Shown here: positions 13,336 through 26,301 of the stretch, in pieces
How the letters are laid out: every line of letters starts with the position of its first letter
Position numbering within the stretch: the stretch's first letter is position 1
DNA from: Novakomyces olei
Lineage: Eukaryota
Direction: 5' to 3'
NCBI GenBank assembly: GCA_016906335.1
Contig: JADEYG010000004.1
Span: 868,001-932,000, forward strand
Length of the DNA stretch: 64,000 nt
Position numbers and translations under genes: made by a program
Notes under the pieces: model-generated
Databases searched by the model: none
What the model saw: only the letters and a program-made list of their open reading frames with translations
What the model was told of the DNA's origin: nothing

Positions 13336-16188
13336 TCACTGACTCCCAATCCATTTAAACGCTCCTCCTTGGAAAGCTCCTACAGAAGACGAAGAGGCCA
13401 CAGCGGCCGGTTTTGCTCGAGATTTCTCTACTTTTGCCTGCGACTGTTGCAATTTAGCGGCCAAATCAGCATTAGAAATCGACTGTCGGCCCCGTGACGA
13501 AGCCGTCCACGGCCCCGTTGCGGAAGCAGAAGCCTCGATCGAAGCTTCCCCATTTCGACCGCTGTGCCTTGAACCAGGAGACGCAAAAGAGCCTGGGCTG
13601 TCGGCCCCTGGGGTCGGAGACCGGCTCTTCAGATCTCCGGCTGCTCGTCTCGGCCGGAAGACGTGCATTTGAGAGGTAGAATGACTGGTTCCGTCCCGGC
13701 TCGCAGATTTGATCCTGTCTGCCATCAAGGGACGTGCATTGCCGCCATTATTGCCACCGGCAGAACGTGAAGCACGTGGAGCAAAAGGCACACGTGCGTC
13801 TGATCTCCAGGGCATCAGCGGATCCTGGCCCTCGGCACTTTGCTGCTGCTCTGTATCATTTACTTGTGGACGCCTCGAAGGAGACACAGGTGCGTCTTCC
13901 GAGTCTGATTCGACTGCAGCTACAGAACTGTGCTTGCCATTGCTTTGCTCTGCTGATTCTGCGTCCTTTTCTGACGCATTTTTACTGTCTACAACACCGG
14001 CTCTGTCTGCTGAACCCAGATTTTGTTCCAAAGACGAGTTTTGCTCCAAAGACGAGTTTTGCTCCAAAGCAACGTCCCTGCTTTTACTGTGCTTTGCAAC
14101 AAAAGGACTACTTGCCACAATGCCTCGATCTTTGTGTTTTACACTTGCCGCTGCTGTATCATTCGTATCGCCCGCACCCGGCTTTACCGCTGATTGTGCT
14201 TTTTTCTCTCCGGGCTCCCAAAGCCGTGAGCCTTCACGCTGGTTGCGAGGGAACCGTTCCTCCTCATCCGAGTCGAACCCGGTACTACGCAGCCGGTCTG
14301 CTTTGGATTTGGTACGCTTGCCATGCTCAGCCGTGCTCGCTTGCTCTGGTGCATTAACAGCATTAGTAGCATTAGTAGCATTAACAGCATTAGTAGCATT
14401 AACAGCATTAGTAGCATTAATAGTAGCACTAGCAGCATTACTAGCAATATTACTAGCATTACTAGCATTACTACTAGCAGCACTAGCAGCACTAGCAGCA
14501 TTACTATTACTGGCGGTACTAGTATTAATAGTACTGGTATTGGCTGCATTCAAAGCCAGTGTAGTGGCAGAGGGAGCAGCAGTTTGCGAGGCAGCAGACG
14601 CTACACTCTCGTCGGCCTTAGCCACGGGCACCTCGATCCGATTGCACGCACCGATAACCAAAACATTGCGGGAGAAGAGAATGTCAATACGCGACTCGGC
14701 CAGAGCACGTTGGCCGAGGGCAATGCTTGCAACGCTGGCGCTCTCCTTGTCTGAGCCGTACCAAGAGTGCAAGAGACGCTGGGGCACAATGAGAACCTCG
14801 ACGCTGATCTTGGCCATCTGCGGACGGTTGTGTGACTGTGATCGAGCGGCCTTGGGTTTGAAACACCAAATATTGGGGAGAAGCAAGCTCAGTGTCGTCG
14901 TACCCTGAACCGTAAAGGTACTGCCCTTTGCCTGGTGCAAAAAGGCAGTAGAGGCTGTACCCATATTCAACGACATCAGGTACTCCCGGGACACAAAGGA
15001 ATCGGCTACAGTTGTGTCTATGCCGGACATGACAAGGTCGTCCATGCTGGGCGAGACGGCAGAGGGCTGTGGATTACTCGCCTGTTCTACCAAGCATTGC
15101 ACGTAAAGGGGCGAGGACGGAGCAGATTTAGAGCTGTTGCTGTTCCCTCCAGAGGCAGAAAAAACTTTAAACTTGGGCAAAGGACGACTTTTGCCTGCTA
15201 CCAATGACGCACCACCGACTGTGGCAGAATCTGGCAGGGCCGAAGCAGTTGCTGTGTGCTTTGACTGTGGACAAGAGAGCTTCTGACCCTCTCTCGCTTT
15301 TTCCCTCCCGTGATCTTTTGCCAGCTTATGCCCACCATTGTCGTTCAGTGCCTCGCTTGACCTCCTCTCCACACCAAATTCCCTGCTAAAGTCACCTTTT
15401 TCTGGTCGAGTGGGCACATTGCTGCTGCGCCAGTAAGAAGGATGAGTAGAGGCTTCGTGTTCCATCTGATCCAACTGTAAGCTTTGCACTATACTCTGTA
15501 CATGATCAAAGTCTGAGCCCTCTGGCTCAGCGTCTCCAAGACTTGCCGTGGAAAAGGCCGAGTCGGCAAACAGGGCAGAGGCGAACGGGGAACCTGTCCC
15601 GGCCATTCCGAGTCCAGGGTTATCACCTGCGGCTGAGGCACTACTGCCCAGCCCAGGTGCAGGAGTTGTGTGCGCATGAGAGCTTATGACGCCGCCAGGA
15701 TTAGGAGTAGATGGTGGACGGTTGATGCTTGCACCGGCAGCGAGTACGGGAGCAGGATCAGCACGGCCATTCAGGTGCCATAGATGTCTCTGAGCTAACA
15801 GCCTTTGATGGAAGGGGTCTTCCAAAGAAGGACTAAGGCCTTCTCCTCCACCGCTGTCCGGGAAGAAAAGGGGACGCGGGGATAAAGCATTGGAAGAGAC
15901 GGGAAAGGCTGCTGTAGAATCGTTTTGGCTGGCAAAAAAGCCTCTGCTATTAGTGTTTGCACTGTTGCTGCTCGATGTTCCTCCCGTAACACCAGCACTG
16001 GTGCCTACGGGGCCCACATGGCTGCTGTTGCTGCTACTTGCACGCAGATCATCAAACGTAAAAGGCGAACGAGCCGCTGGAGAAGGTGCAATGTTAGCAG
16101 TAGCACTGCTATTGCTGCTCCCGAATCCTGCGCCGAAGGGGAAAAAGTAGCTTTGCGCGACAGAGCGGTCCTGCTCAGACTCGTGCAT
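13336..16188 (-). CDS. 950-aa largely disordered protein with a central globular, degenerate retropepsin-like domain
   Basis: Long intronless ORF, rich in S/A/N. Central IDTTVADSFVS...IALGQRAL...IDILFS segment and C-terminal GGAFKW. Confidence 0.75.
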   Translation of the reverse strand: MHESEQDRSVAQSYFFPFGAGFGSSNSSATANIAPSPAARSPFTFDDLRASSSNSSHVGPVGTSAGVTGGTSSSNSANTNSRGFFASQNDSTAAFPVSSNALSPRPLFFPDSGGGEGLSPSLEDPFHQRLLAQRHLWHLNGRADPAPVLAAGASINRPPSTPNPGGVISSHAHTTPAPGLGSSASAAGDNPGLGMAGTGSPFASALFADSAFSTASLGDAEPEGSDFDHVQSIVQSLQLDQMEHEASTHPSYWRSSNVPTRPEKGDFSREFGVERRSSEALNDNGGHKLAKDHGREKAREGQKLSCPQSKHTATASALPDSATVGGASLVAGKSRPLPKFKVFSASGGNSNSSKSAPSSPLYVQCLVEQASNPQPSAVSPSMDDLVMSGIDTTVADSFVSREYLMSLNMGTASTAFLHQAKGSTFTVQGTTTLSLLLPNIWCFKPKAARSQSHNRPQMAKISVEVLIVPQRLLHSWYGSDKESASVASIALGQRALAESRIDILFSRNVLVIGACNRIEVPVAKADESVASAASQTAAPSATTLALNAANTSTINTSTASNSNAASAASAASSNASNASNIASNAASATINATNAVNATNAVNATNATNAVNAPEQASTAEHGKRTKSKADRLRSTGFDSDEEERFPRNQREGSRLWEPGEKKAQSAVKPGAGDTNDTAAASVKHKDRGIVASSPFVAKHSKSRDVALEQNSSLEQNSSLEQNLGSADRAGVVDSKNASEKDAESAEQSNGKHSSVAAVESDSEDAPVSPSRRPQVNDTEQQQSAEGQDPLMPWRSDARVPFAPRASRSAGGNNGGNARPLMADRIKSASRDGTSHSTSQMHVFRPRRAAGDLKSRSPTPGADSPGSFASPGSRHSGRNGEASIEASASATGPWTASSRGRQSISNADLAAKLQQSQAKVEKSRAKPAAVASSSSVGAFQGGAFKWIGSQ
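14350..14560. repeat. Coding minisatellite giving NATNAV/ASNA repeats
   Basis: gcattaacagcattagtagcatta units inside the 950-aa ORF. Confidence 0.85.
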
Positions 16189-17454
16189 TGAACATGCACT
16201 GGTGGCGAGGTAAGAAGAATAGCAAGAAAAAGATCACAGTAGCAAAATTGTATTTCCTTTTTGATTTTTTTTTTCTTTCTTCCAAAAATTGGAGACTTGT
16301 AAAAATTGGGTATGTATTGGTTTTTTGAAGTCACGGGCTCACAAACGATAGAGACCAAGTGCGAAACCCAAGGCTTGATAACTTATTGTCTGTAATGTGG
16401 TACACGCCACTCCTGATTTGCGATCGCCCAAGATAGTTCAGTTTATAGAGGGAGAATAGCCGTCAAAAACAGTGCACAATGCCTATTTAACAGACAGGCT
16501 GTGCTATTCTTGCTTTGCCCAAAGATCTCGAGCACAAAGTTTTCCTTAAATGGACAAGAAAAGAATACTGTAGAGAAAGATGAAGACTCGTGCAAAGTAG
16601 AGCCAAAAGCTAATGAACAACAAGAACCAAAGCCAAAATTGGTGTGGCACGTGCACGCGCACGCGCGACCTAGTGATCAGGCCACGTAAACGACTATAAT
16701 TATTTCCGCTCCTTTCAAAGACTCAAAGGTATACGCAATATCAAATCCTTTTCCAAAAACTTTTGTGAAAAGTCGTGGTCGCCGCAAAAGGCAGCCGCCA
16801 GTGGCCGCCTACCGCCTTGTACAAGACTCTGCAAGGGTAAACGAACGGCGGTTGAAAGCTGATGTACCAGGATGGAGACGAAACGTGGAAAATGATACCT
16901 AAAAATGTGTAGTAGAAAACGGGAGACAGTTCAAGGCTTAGACAAAAAAAAAGCCGGCAAAAAGAAGGATTACAGCCTTAAATTCGTGGTCAAATGCCTG
17001 GGAATAGTTGAAATCTTGATAAAGGATGAATCGGGCAGAGTTGGAGCAGCTAAAGCGCTCCGTGCGTTTGATGCAAATGGATTCACAGTGCCGTCGTCTT
17101 ATAATAATATATACAGTGGAAAAAAGCATTTACTTGTTTTCGTATACAATATTTTATATACAACAAATATATTATGAATAGCATAGCTTGCACGCACATT
17201 GTTTCAATCTATATATTTCTTTATAGTATAAGCGTGGCCGTGCTCCAATGTTTCTCAATGCACTAATTCTCGATCTGCAAAATTTCAAACAATGCTGACT
17301 ATACCGACGCTATTGTACGCTTAATCGCTTTTTAGTCCATTTTTCTAGTTCATTTTTCTAGTCCCGAAAACGTTTACGGACAATCATAATACCAACTGAA
17401 GAATTCTACCCATAATGTATCCGATCTATTTATTTGCTTGACCTGCTTGTAACC

Positions 17455-18470
17455 CTAGAATCGATCCCACGGTGGATAGTGTAAAGGCAGGGAGTCCCAG
17501 TGCAATTGAGGCAGATGCTCTTTCAAAGCAGCCTCAATAGTTTCGAACACCAGTTTGTTTCTGTTATCGGTTAAATAACCACAAATTGAATATTTAAAAA
17601 TTAGATTGAAAAATTATAAGATTGAAAATTGAAAATCACAAATTAAAAAGCAAAAATCAAAAACTATAAACAAATAAAAAGGATAGATAGAAAATCAATC
17701 AATGAATCGAAAAGAAGAGATACCCAGAGCTACTGAAATGAAGTCCATCTATAAGCAGGTTCTGTAGTACTGGATTGCGCGGTGCCTCGATGTCTCCCGG
17801 AAGAACATGTGATGCCGGGTCATACCCAGCCTGTTTCATAAAGACTGTCCAAAGATCTGCTAAAGGCAGGCCTTCCGCCTTTGCCACATGACGTGCTGTG
17901 TCGGAGTACTGCTTTGTTATTTTTTGGCGACGCTGAGATTGCTTGGGGCCCCCGTTCCAGGTCCATTCGTCCATTGGTGGTGGAGAACATAGTATCATTG
18001 GTAATTTAAGAGCTTTAGCCATTTCAACAAGTTCAAGCAAATTCGAAGCATATTGATCGACCGGTACCTATATTTTAGCATTAATTAGCATACGCCACAC
18101 ATACATGCTGAGATGAGTCCGGGTTGGCGTCTAATCGTTAGCATGCACTGAATATCTAACCAAGCTTTTATCTTTAGTAATCAAAGGACGTACCATTAGT
18201 GCCAATTAGCAGGATGAGAAGACTGGCGTGACTAGAAATGAAAGGATCATTGAAAAAATCAGGCGCTATTATTTCAAGCAAGTTCTTTGACGTGTAACCT
18301 CCGAAACCACGAATTAACACGTCCAATTTACGCGTATACTGCTCATTGAGCAACAAGCCAAAGCCAGTTGTGGCCGATTGTGTGGAACTTTTTTTAACAA
18401 GTATTCAAAAAAGAGCTTACTATTGAGTCAGCGAGTCGCCCATCAATATGAGCTGTCGAAACGCGGCCAT
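17455..18470 (-). CDS. IAH1: SGNH/GDSL esterase (Iah1-like)
   Basis: LMGDSLTQ, RGFGGYTS, GTND and DGLH blocks. 4 introns, including a 26-nt internal exon. Confidence 0.88.
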
Positions 18471-18745
18471 CGTTGAGCTAAAACTCTAATCTTTTGTTGG
18501 CCTCTTATCGTTAATCGCAAAAAATTACCCTATTATGTCTCACAACGAATAATACCATTAAATTACATTATAAGCACTATACAAATATCAGGGCAAATGT
18601 ATAAACTCCGTTATAAATTTATTCGTTTATTTCTAAATTTAATGAAATGCTTTGTAACCACTAATCCGATCCAACCCAATTGTTTCACCTTGAAGCTTGC
18701 TCATTGGCCTCAATCAAAAAGAATCAAGGCCACCGTGCAAATCGT

Positions 18746-19627
18746 TTATTTGATGAACTTGCTCATAAACTTTTTATGAAACTCGCTAGATACAGAAATG
18801 TTAGCATAATAAAACTATCAAGTCTGTAAACATACCTGCGGAGCATATCATTCACATAGTCCTTCTTCCGCTCTTCTTTGAGCCCATGAGCCTGATTCGT
18901 GAACACTACATCTTGGTCCCATCTAAAGTGTTAGCAATCAGCTGCCAAGGCATTGCCATTAAAATATTTGGTTAAATACCTTCGTTTGACTTTGAAGTCA
19001 TGCCGTTGACTCTCTGGCTGAAGTAAAGGATTGCTGTAAGCAATTTCTTGTTCGCGCTGCTCTAGCTCCTTTGCCCTACGCTCTTCCTCTTCTCGCTCTT
19101 TCTGTTCGGCCCGTTCACGTTTTATTTTTTCTAGCTCCCTCATAAGCTCGGCCGTCTCGTCCTCATCGTCCTCATCGTCGTCGTCATCTTCACTTTCTTC
19201 TTGCTCATCCTCCTCTTCCTTATCAGAGGCAGACCCTTCGCTATGACCCTCATCTTCATCATCGGCATCAATTTCTCGAGACTCCAACAGAATCCGTCGT
19301 CTTTTCGCGTCGGGCAACTCCGGTACTGGCTCACCATTATGTCCAGACTCGCCATCTTCTCCAGTACCATCATCAACACCTTTCAATTTTGCATAATGAC
19401 GAGCTTCTGCACTGAGAAGCTCGGCACGAAGATCACGGTGCTGCGTCTCTCCCGTAGTCTGCTGACCTTCTTTGCGAAACTTCAACTGAGTATGCGCCGG
19501 CAGATTCTTCGCATGATAGATCAGCGAAGGCTGCGCTGCTCTGCCTTTAGCCGGATTAAAGGTCGGTCTCTAAATTTGATTTAGCAATAGAATAAAACAA
19601 AGTTCAGCGTACATGGGCCGTAGTCAT
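18746..19627 (-). CDS. CWC15: Pre-mRNA splicing factor Cwc15
   Basis: MTTAHRP, LPAHTQLKFR, DETAELMRELEKIKRER, WDQDVVF and NDMLRSEFHKKFM motifs. Confidence 0.95.
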
Positions 19628-19716
19628 TTTGGTGGCAGTTGGATCGGGTGTCTAATAATGTGCAGTAAAGCGTTATCAATGCCTACTATTTGAGTACTTC
19701 CATACGGTCGCTATGT

Positions 19717-19718
<2 letters not shown>

Positions 19719-19771
<53 letters not shown>
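19719..19771. repeat. (ATT)n microsatellite in the CWC15/ERG26 divergent promoter
   Basis: Directly visible. Confidence 0.96.
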
Positions 19772-19793
19772 CAGAACTCTGAGCTCGAACAAA

Positions 19794-21179
19794 ATGGACC
19801 ACGTTCTAGTTGTTGGCGGCTGCGGCTTTCTTGGCTCGCATATTGTAGATCGACTAATTGCTAAAGGTGCTACGGCTATAAGCGTTGTCGATGTACGGAT
19901 TACTGAAACCAAGCGCGAAGGCGTTGAATATTTTGAAGGCGATATTACAGACTCGGATCGCATGCGCCAAGTCCTAGCGAAAGCAAAACCTACTACAGTT
20001 TTGCATACAGCCTCACCAGTGACCTCACTTGGCCGAGAAATTTATGAGAAGGTTAACATTAGGGGCACTAGTGTGCTTTTGGAAACTTGTCGTGAAGCTG
20101 GGGTTCGTGCCTTTGTTTATACAAGCTCTGCAGGAGTAGTGTTCAATGGTGGGGATTTGCGTAACGTGGACGAGACAGAGCCTGTACCGCAAGTCCATAT
20201 GGACGCTTACAATGAAACTAAGGTTTGTTAGACTGAACTTTAGCAGTATTTATTTTGATATATTTGCTTTTTCGTCTGATTTGTTTCCTTTTGTTTGTTT
20301 GTCCGAGGTGTTCTTCATCAAGCTGACTATCTTAAATTTGTGTGTCCCTGTGTTTTGGTTTTATTTGAGTTTTGAATGCCTATAATAAATTTCTATATAC
20401 ATGCTTACATTACAGGCACACGCTGAGGCCCTTGTGCTTGATAACAATGGAAACGGTATGCTCACATGTGCTATACGTCCTGCCGGACTTTTTGGGTATG
20501 ATCTTACATTTGCATTATTTACCTTGGCTTGCCGCGGTGGAATGCTGTCTGACTCTTCTATTTTGATTAATTGTTCTCTACATTTATTTCTATGATCATT
20601 TTCGTTTGAATTATAAGCTATTATTATTATAACTATTATTGTTGCTTCATACTTATAATCAGACCTGGGGACAGACAGGTCGTTCCTGGAATGTTGAACG
20701 TATTGCGTAACGGACAAACGCGATTTCAACTCGGAGACAACAACAATATATTCGATTTTACGTACATTGTAAATGCGGCAGACGCACACATTCTAGCAGC
20801 CGAGGCACTTTATGGCACTGCTGCTGATAAGGTACAAGGCCAAGCCTTTTTTGTGACTAATGATGAACCCGTGTACTTTTGGGACTTTGCTCGTACCATC
20901 TGGGCTCATTTGGGACACATTGACTCGTTTTATATTCGATTGCCTCGCGATTTCAGCTTGGCTCTCGCCTATGCAGCTGAATGGTACTCCTACCTTATGC
21001 GCCGCGAACCGGGCTTGACACGGTTCCGTGTTACCTTTAGCTGTGCCAACAGATATTATTCGATTGAGAAGGCAAAATCTCTTCTTGGTTATCGTCCTGC
21101 AGTACGTCTTGAAGCTGGAATCGCTGCAACTCTTGCCTGGCTTGATTCTGATAGTCCAGACGCAAAGAAACTGAAATAG
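19794..21179 (+). CDS. ERG26: C-3 sterol dehydrogenase (C-4 decarboxylase)
   Basis: VVGGCGFLGSHIV, YTSSAGVVFNG, DAYNETKA, AIRPAGLFG and FDFTY motifs. 2 introns. Confidence 0.94.
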
Positions 21180-21538
21180 TTATACATATATATATATTTC
21201 TGGAATAATTGCAGTTGTGTGGCTCGTTATCGTTTAATTGCATTTTCTTTACGCTTGTGTGTATATGTTTTCATTGGTGCTAAAAGTATGCTCTCTATTG
21301 TAAAAATTATATTGCATATTATTTTGTGCCCGAAAACCTGTAGAGGAGCCAATTATAGTGGAGAAATCATATAATTATAGAGACACCGTTTTTCTTACTT
21401 ATTTATTCTTTTATTTCCCGATATGCGTTAAAAGCAAGTTATTTAGTACCACAAATTTACTGCTTGTGCTAAATCTCGTCAAGAATAGAATCCACCTAAT
21501 TTTCCTCATTAAAGCAATTATTGTGCGTAAAATAGCAT

Positions 21539-23231
21539 CTAAACAAGTTCAACTGCAAAAGAAGTTCCCACCACCACAATGCCAAGTAAGAAAAAAGACG
21601 TCGGCAAAACGAAATTAGATCGGTCGTTTATAATTGCCTGTGGAAGCATACTCTGCACAGCAATAACTACCATCATTCCCGACATCATTGCAAATGCAAT
21701 TCCGTACCAGAGTGAGGAGGTTGGAGACAGCCAGTCGGCTCCGTGATCGGGGTTATGCTGCTGTCTTAGCGTGATAAGATAGCCGATGAGCGCACCGACT
21801 GGTGTCGATGCACAAACGAGAAACGCAGTGGCCAGGATTGCTTTTAATCGTGACTCTAGCGCCAGAAATATGGGGTAGGCCATTGTGAAACCCTCGACGA
21901 AATTGTGGATAGATATAGCGAGAAACACAACCATCCCGAGTTGTGGATCGGCATGCGACGATATGAACATCATAAGACCCTCTAAATTGGTCAGTTTAAT
22001 AAATAAACATATAAATAAATAATTAAAATTAATTACCTGGTAGTTTGTGCATTGCAATCGTAATTGACGTTTGTAGACCAATGCGTAACATTGTAGCTTT
22101 TCGCTGAGGAACATGATGGTGATGAGGAATTTCACCAACTTCATTGCTCGACTCAGAGTCTAGGAAACTATTTGTGCTGCTGGCATGATGAGCATATGAG
22201 GAATGAGCATCATTGTAATGATCACTACCATCTGCCAAAGCACCCCGTGAAAGAGCTCGACGGCCTAAAACGTGGGGGCAAGCAGCAGTTGGAGAGTGAT
22301 GGCAGTGCGAATTGGTTGTAATACACGAAGGAGCATATGCTTCACATATCCCATCCTGCGCTGAGCAGCCATGAGCACCAAAAAGCCAAGTCGTTGACTC
22401 GTTTGAAGCAGCTTCAGACGGTTTCCGCTTCAAAAGCACATCCAAAAAGCTTCGTCGGTGTTCGAGACATGAAGGCTTTTGGCGAGACGGGTCCAGTAGA
22501 GGAGATTGTTCAGTGGTGTAGTTGTGCAAAGATACGGCGGAAGGCTTCCGAGTATAAACTTCACCATTAACAGCATTAACCGTACTTATTTTGGCCTCTC
22601 TATTCCCCGTGTGAATGGAGCTGTTATTGTTCAAATTGTGATTATGACAAGAGCCGCCGTTTTGATCTGGATTTTGCACATTATCTGGATGATCATGATG
22701 ATGCGGATGGTCATGCTGATTCTGGTGCTGATACGGATGCTGATATGAATGGTCATAATCAGATTCATGCTCATGCTCGTGCTCATGCTCCCCACCGCCG
22801 CAGTGCACAATAGACTCTGGCGTGAAATGGTGAAAGAGTGCGCTAATGAGCATGCACAGCAAACCGCCCACAGCGAGGGCAAAAATACCAACAATCTGAG
22901 CCGCTCGTGGGTCCATGACGTTTAAAGGGTATTTAGGATCACGTGTCCCGGAAAGGAATTGCAACGCATCGTCGAAAACCTCGGTCAGAGCGGTAAAAAG
23001 CTGGAATTAGTCTCGATATATTGAATGAGATGCGATTATTATTCTTACCAGAACAGCACTGCTAAATGAGAAAGCGCAGACCATAAACTGGTTGCTTGCG
23101 CTCAGGCGGAAATGCGATTTTCCAGGTAATAGTCTCAGAACGAGATCGATAGTAACGAGAAGACTGCCAGCGATGCAAGTCGCACATGACGCCGCTATAA
23201 GCGCCCAAGCTTGCCGGTCGTTTTTGTTCAT
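21539..23231 (-). CDS. ZIP-family zinc transporter (Zrt3-like) with His-rich loop
   Basis: MHKLPEG and IHNFVEG TM4/TM5 motifs plus a long His-rich loop. 2 introns. Confidence 0.88.
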
Positions 23232-24542
23232 AGTGTAAGATTATTAGGCCGGTCAGACCTGACCCTCAATGCTGTGACTTGAGAAATGACTCTACTAGTA
23301 CATGCAGACGCTTGAAACGCCCAGCCGGCCTTTACTGGCACAGTATGGCCCTTTTTAAGGCGTCCGCTCAGAAATAGCGTGTATCTACAGCAGAAATCGT
23401 TAGCCGCTTGGATTTGAGAAGGGACTGGCGCAAAGCTGCGACTCTCTGAATGAGAATCTCAAAACGGTAGTCAAGAGAGGAAGGAAGAATAGAGATCTTA
23501 CTGGCGACCGATTGAAGACGGATTTCAGAGCCGGAATTTTAACTTGAAAGTACAGTCCTTTAAGGGCACTAAATCGATGCGCATAATAATATATACATTT
23601 TGAACAATGTTACCCGTATTGCATATATATATTACGAATTAGCCGTTAATTATATTGTATGAGAGATCTTGAGGCAGTTGAAACCGAAAAAATGTGTCAT
23701 AACTCTGTAGTTACCATACTGAAACATTTTGCGCAAATGGCTATGAATATAAATGACGCAGTAAACGCCTTTTTACAGTTAGTCAGAGAAAATCTGTGTG
23801 ATTGGCCTTTGCAGGTTAAGCTATTGGATGGCTATCGCCAAGATCTACAGTAAACCAATATTTAAAAGGTGATTAATTTCGGTACGTTTACCGTGCATAG
23901 TTTTCATTCGTGTGTGGTAGGGATATATGGATGGGGCTAAAGTGTGTAAGCCTCTATCCCAAAATTCAGATATTTATATTATCTGGTGTGGCAAATCGAG
24001 TAATATGCGCTGTTTATTGGTTCAAAGGAGCCTTCGCGGGCGCTTTGGAAGGCAGAATTGGCAGAATTTCTTACTACTTTTCTACGAGTATTTATTACGG
24101 CGCTGGAGGCCGCCGTGCTGCAGGTTTAGTTTTCTAGGATTGGTTTTATTTAGATTTATTTAGTATTGATTTTATTTTTTGTAACCTAGTAATTTGATTT
24201 TCGGGACTAGCTATAAAAATAGGTTTAAAGTGAGAATTCGTGGGCCATATAGCGTAGCAGATTTACGTTTTAGCGAATCTATCGACGGCACATACGTATA
24301 GTCGAATCAAATAGACAGACAGGACATAGTCGAATCAGATAATTTCTCGAAATCTTTCATATATACAATAATTATTATTTGTAGCAAAGGTAAATATTTG
24401 GCTGACCCTGCTGCTTGATACGTTAGACACTTGGATTAGGCAGACAGACAGGTGACGGCCATAGTCATTGTTGCCGGTAAGCTAAAGCCATACTGCCCAA
24501 TTGTTTATGATTGATGATTATGATTAATGATATAGGGGAACA

Positions 24543-25732
24543 ATGTCCAAGGCAGCCAGTCTATTTGTCTCTGGCACCGTTTCTGGCGGCGCAATTGGAT
24601 ACCTCGCACTTAATTTTGGGTTATGGGGAGGAGACAAAAAGTCGCAGCCAGCATTGACTCCACCACCATCTCCGCCTTTGGCCCCATACACTTCTCCCGT
24701 TAGTGGCCAAGTGCTACCAGAGATACACGATAGCAATAATATCTTAAAATACGGCTTTCCCGGCCCCGTGATTGATGTTACACCAAGGCAGGGATACATT
24801 GGTGCGTGGGACCGGCGAACGCGAAATCCTCTTTGGGTAGCCGAGCTTATAACGCGTGAAAAACTGGATCAGTCTGCCGGCGTTCATCGCGGCAACCAGT
24901 TCCGAGAAGATTTGGATATACCCGAAAAGTTTCGCTCAACGTTAAATGATTATATGGGCAGTGGATACGACAGGGGACATATGGTCCCATCGGCTGACTG
25001 CAAGTCGTCACAGGCTGAGAATAATGAAACATTTTTGCTATCCAACATCTCTCCACAAGTCGGTGAAGGATTCAACCAGAGCTGTATGTGCTTTTAATTT
25101 GATTTTCCCTTTTCTACTTTTTTTTTGTAAAGTTTTTTGATTGTGTGCTGATCTTGTAGACTGGGCAATGTTTGAACAGTTTTGCCGGGATTTGACTAAA
25201 CAGTACAACGCTGTCCGGATATACACAGGTCCCTTGTGGCTTGCTCGAATGGCAAACGAAGTCGAAGCAGCTGGCTCGTTATCGCGTCCAAGCAAGTCTC
25301 CGAAACGAGTTGTGCAATATGTAAGAAAGCAAATTAGCGATACCGCTTTTTATTATTGCTGTAGTTTTTCCCATTTGTCGCTAATCATTGTCAAAGGAAG
25401 TGATCGGCTCACCTTTACGGCCGGTAGCTGTACCTACGCATTATTTCAAGGTGGTTATTTGTGAGAAACAAGGAGACTCTGTACCCCATGTCGGAGTATT
25501 TGTCATGCCAAATGCCAATATTGAGCTGGACACACCATTAGCTTATCACTCTTTCCGGCTAGAAGATGTAGAGCGAGCTTCCGGTTTGGAATTCCCCGGT
25601 CTCCTGCCTCACAGGCAACTGTGCAACCAAATTCGTTGCGAATTTACGCGTGAGCAGGTGGCGCGTTTCACAGAATTTTCAGAAAAGAGCAAGTCACGAC
25701 GGCTACCACCGCCGCGCCGTGCTTCGACTTGA
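24543..25732 (+). CDS. NUC1: Mitochondrial endonuclease G
   Basis: KYGFPGP, RNPLWVAE, SGYDRGHMVP, ETFLLSNISPQVG and VPTHYFKV motifs. Confidence 0.94.
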
Positions 25733-25896
25733 CACAAAATTTAAGCATACATTAGTCGCAACCCCCCGTGGCATATCCCTGCATCGTTATTCAAATTTAT
25801 GAGTGACAGCTATAGAAAAACTTTTATGAACGAATCAATAGCAAAGTTTAATGGTAGTGTACGATAGGAACTTGAGCAAATGTATTCAAATACGAT

Positions 25897-26301
25897 CTAC
25901 GACAAATTAGATGGCGGGTTCGCGGCCGCTTCTTTTTGAATCCGAGTAATGTAAGCCTTTGACACAGCGTTCCATGCCTCCATGTATCGATCCATGCATT
26001 TTGATACGCAGGTCTTTTAGCAGTTAGCATGCATACTATGCGACTCGAGGCCGGGCAGATATCATACCTGCTCAGAAGAGCTCAGAGAATCACCTGGGCT
26101 CGTGACACAGCTATCAAAGCAATTGCGAGAAATGCTCTAAATTTTATTAGTTTTAATTGTTCCTCAAATATCCATTACGTCAATCAACTCTGTCGCTTGC
26201 TGGTACGCCAACTCTTGCTTTATTTGGTTTTTCAGGAGAGTCTGTTTCGTCGCCTGCTGCGACTGCTGCGGCGATTTGCTGCCACCGAAACCAAAGACCA
26301 T
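25897..26301 (-). CDS. TIM13: Small Tim chaperone Tim13 (absent from the ORF track)
   Basis: Three exons: ...QIKQELAYQQATELID | SISRNCFDSCVTSPGDSLSSSEQ | TCVSKCMDRYMEAWNAVSKAYITRI. Twin CX3C motif. Confidence 0.93.

Noticed and set aside
13709-14908. 399-aa plus-strand ORF
   Set aside because: Antisense shadow of the low-complexity 950-aa gene, with no recognisable domain.
19713-19793. Poly-Ile N-terminal extension of ERG26
   Set aside because: Derived from the (ATT)n microsatellite. The conserved protein starts at 19794, although use of the upstream ATG cannot be excluded.
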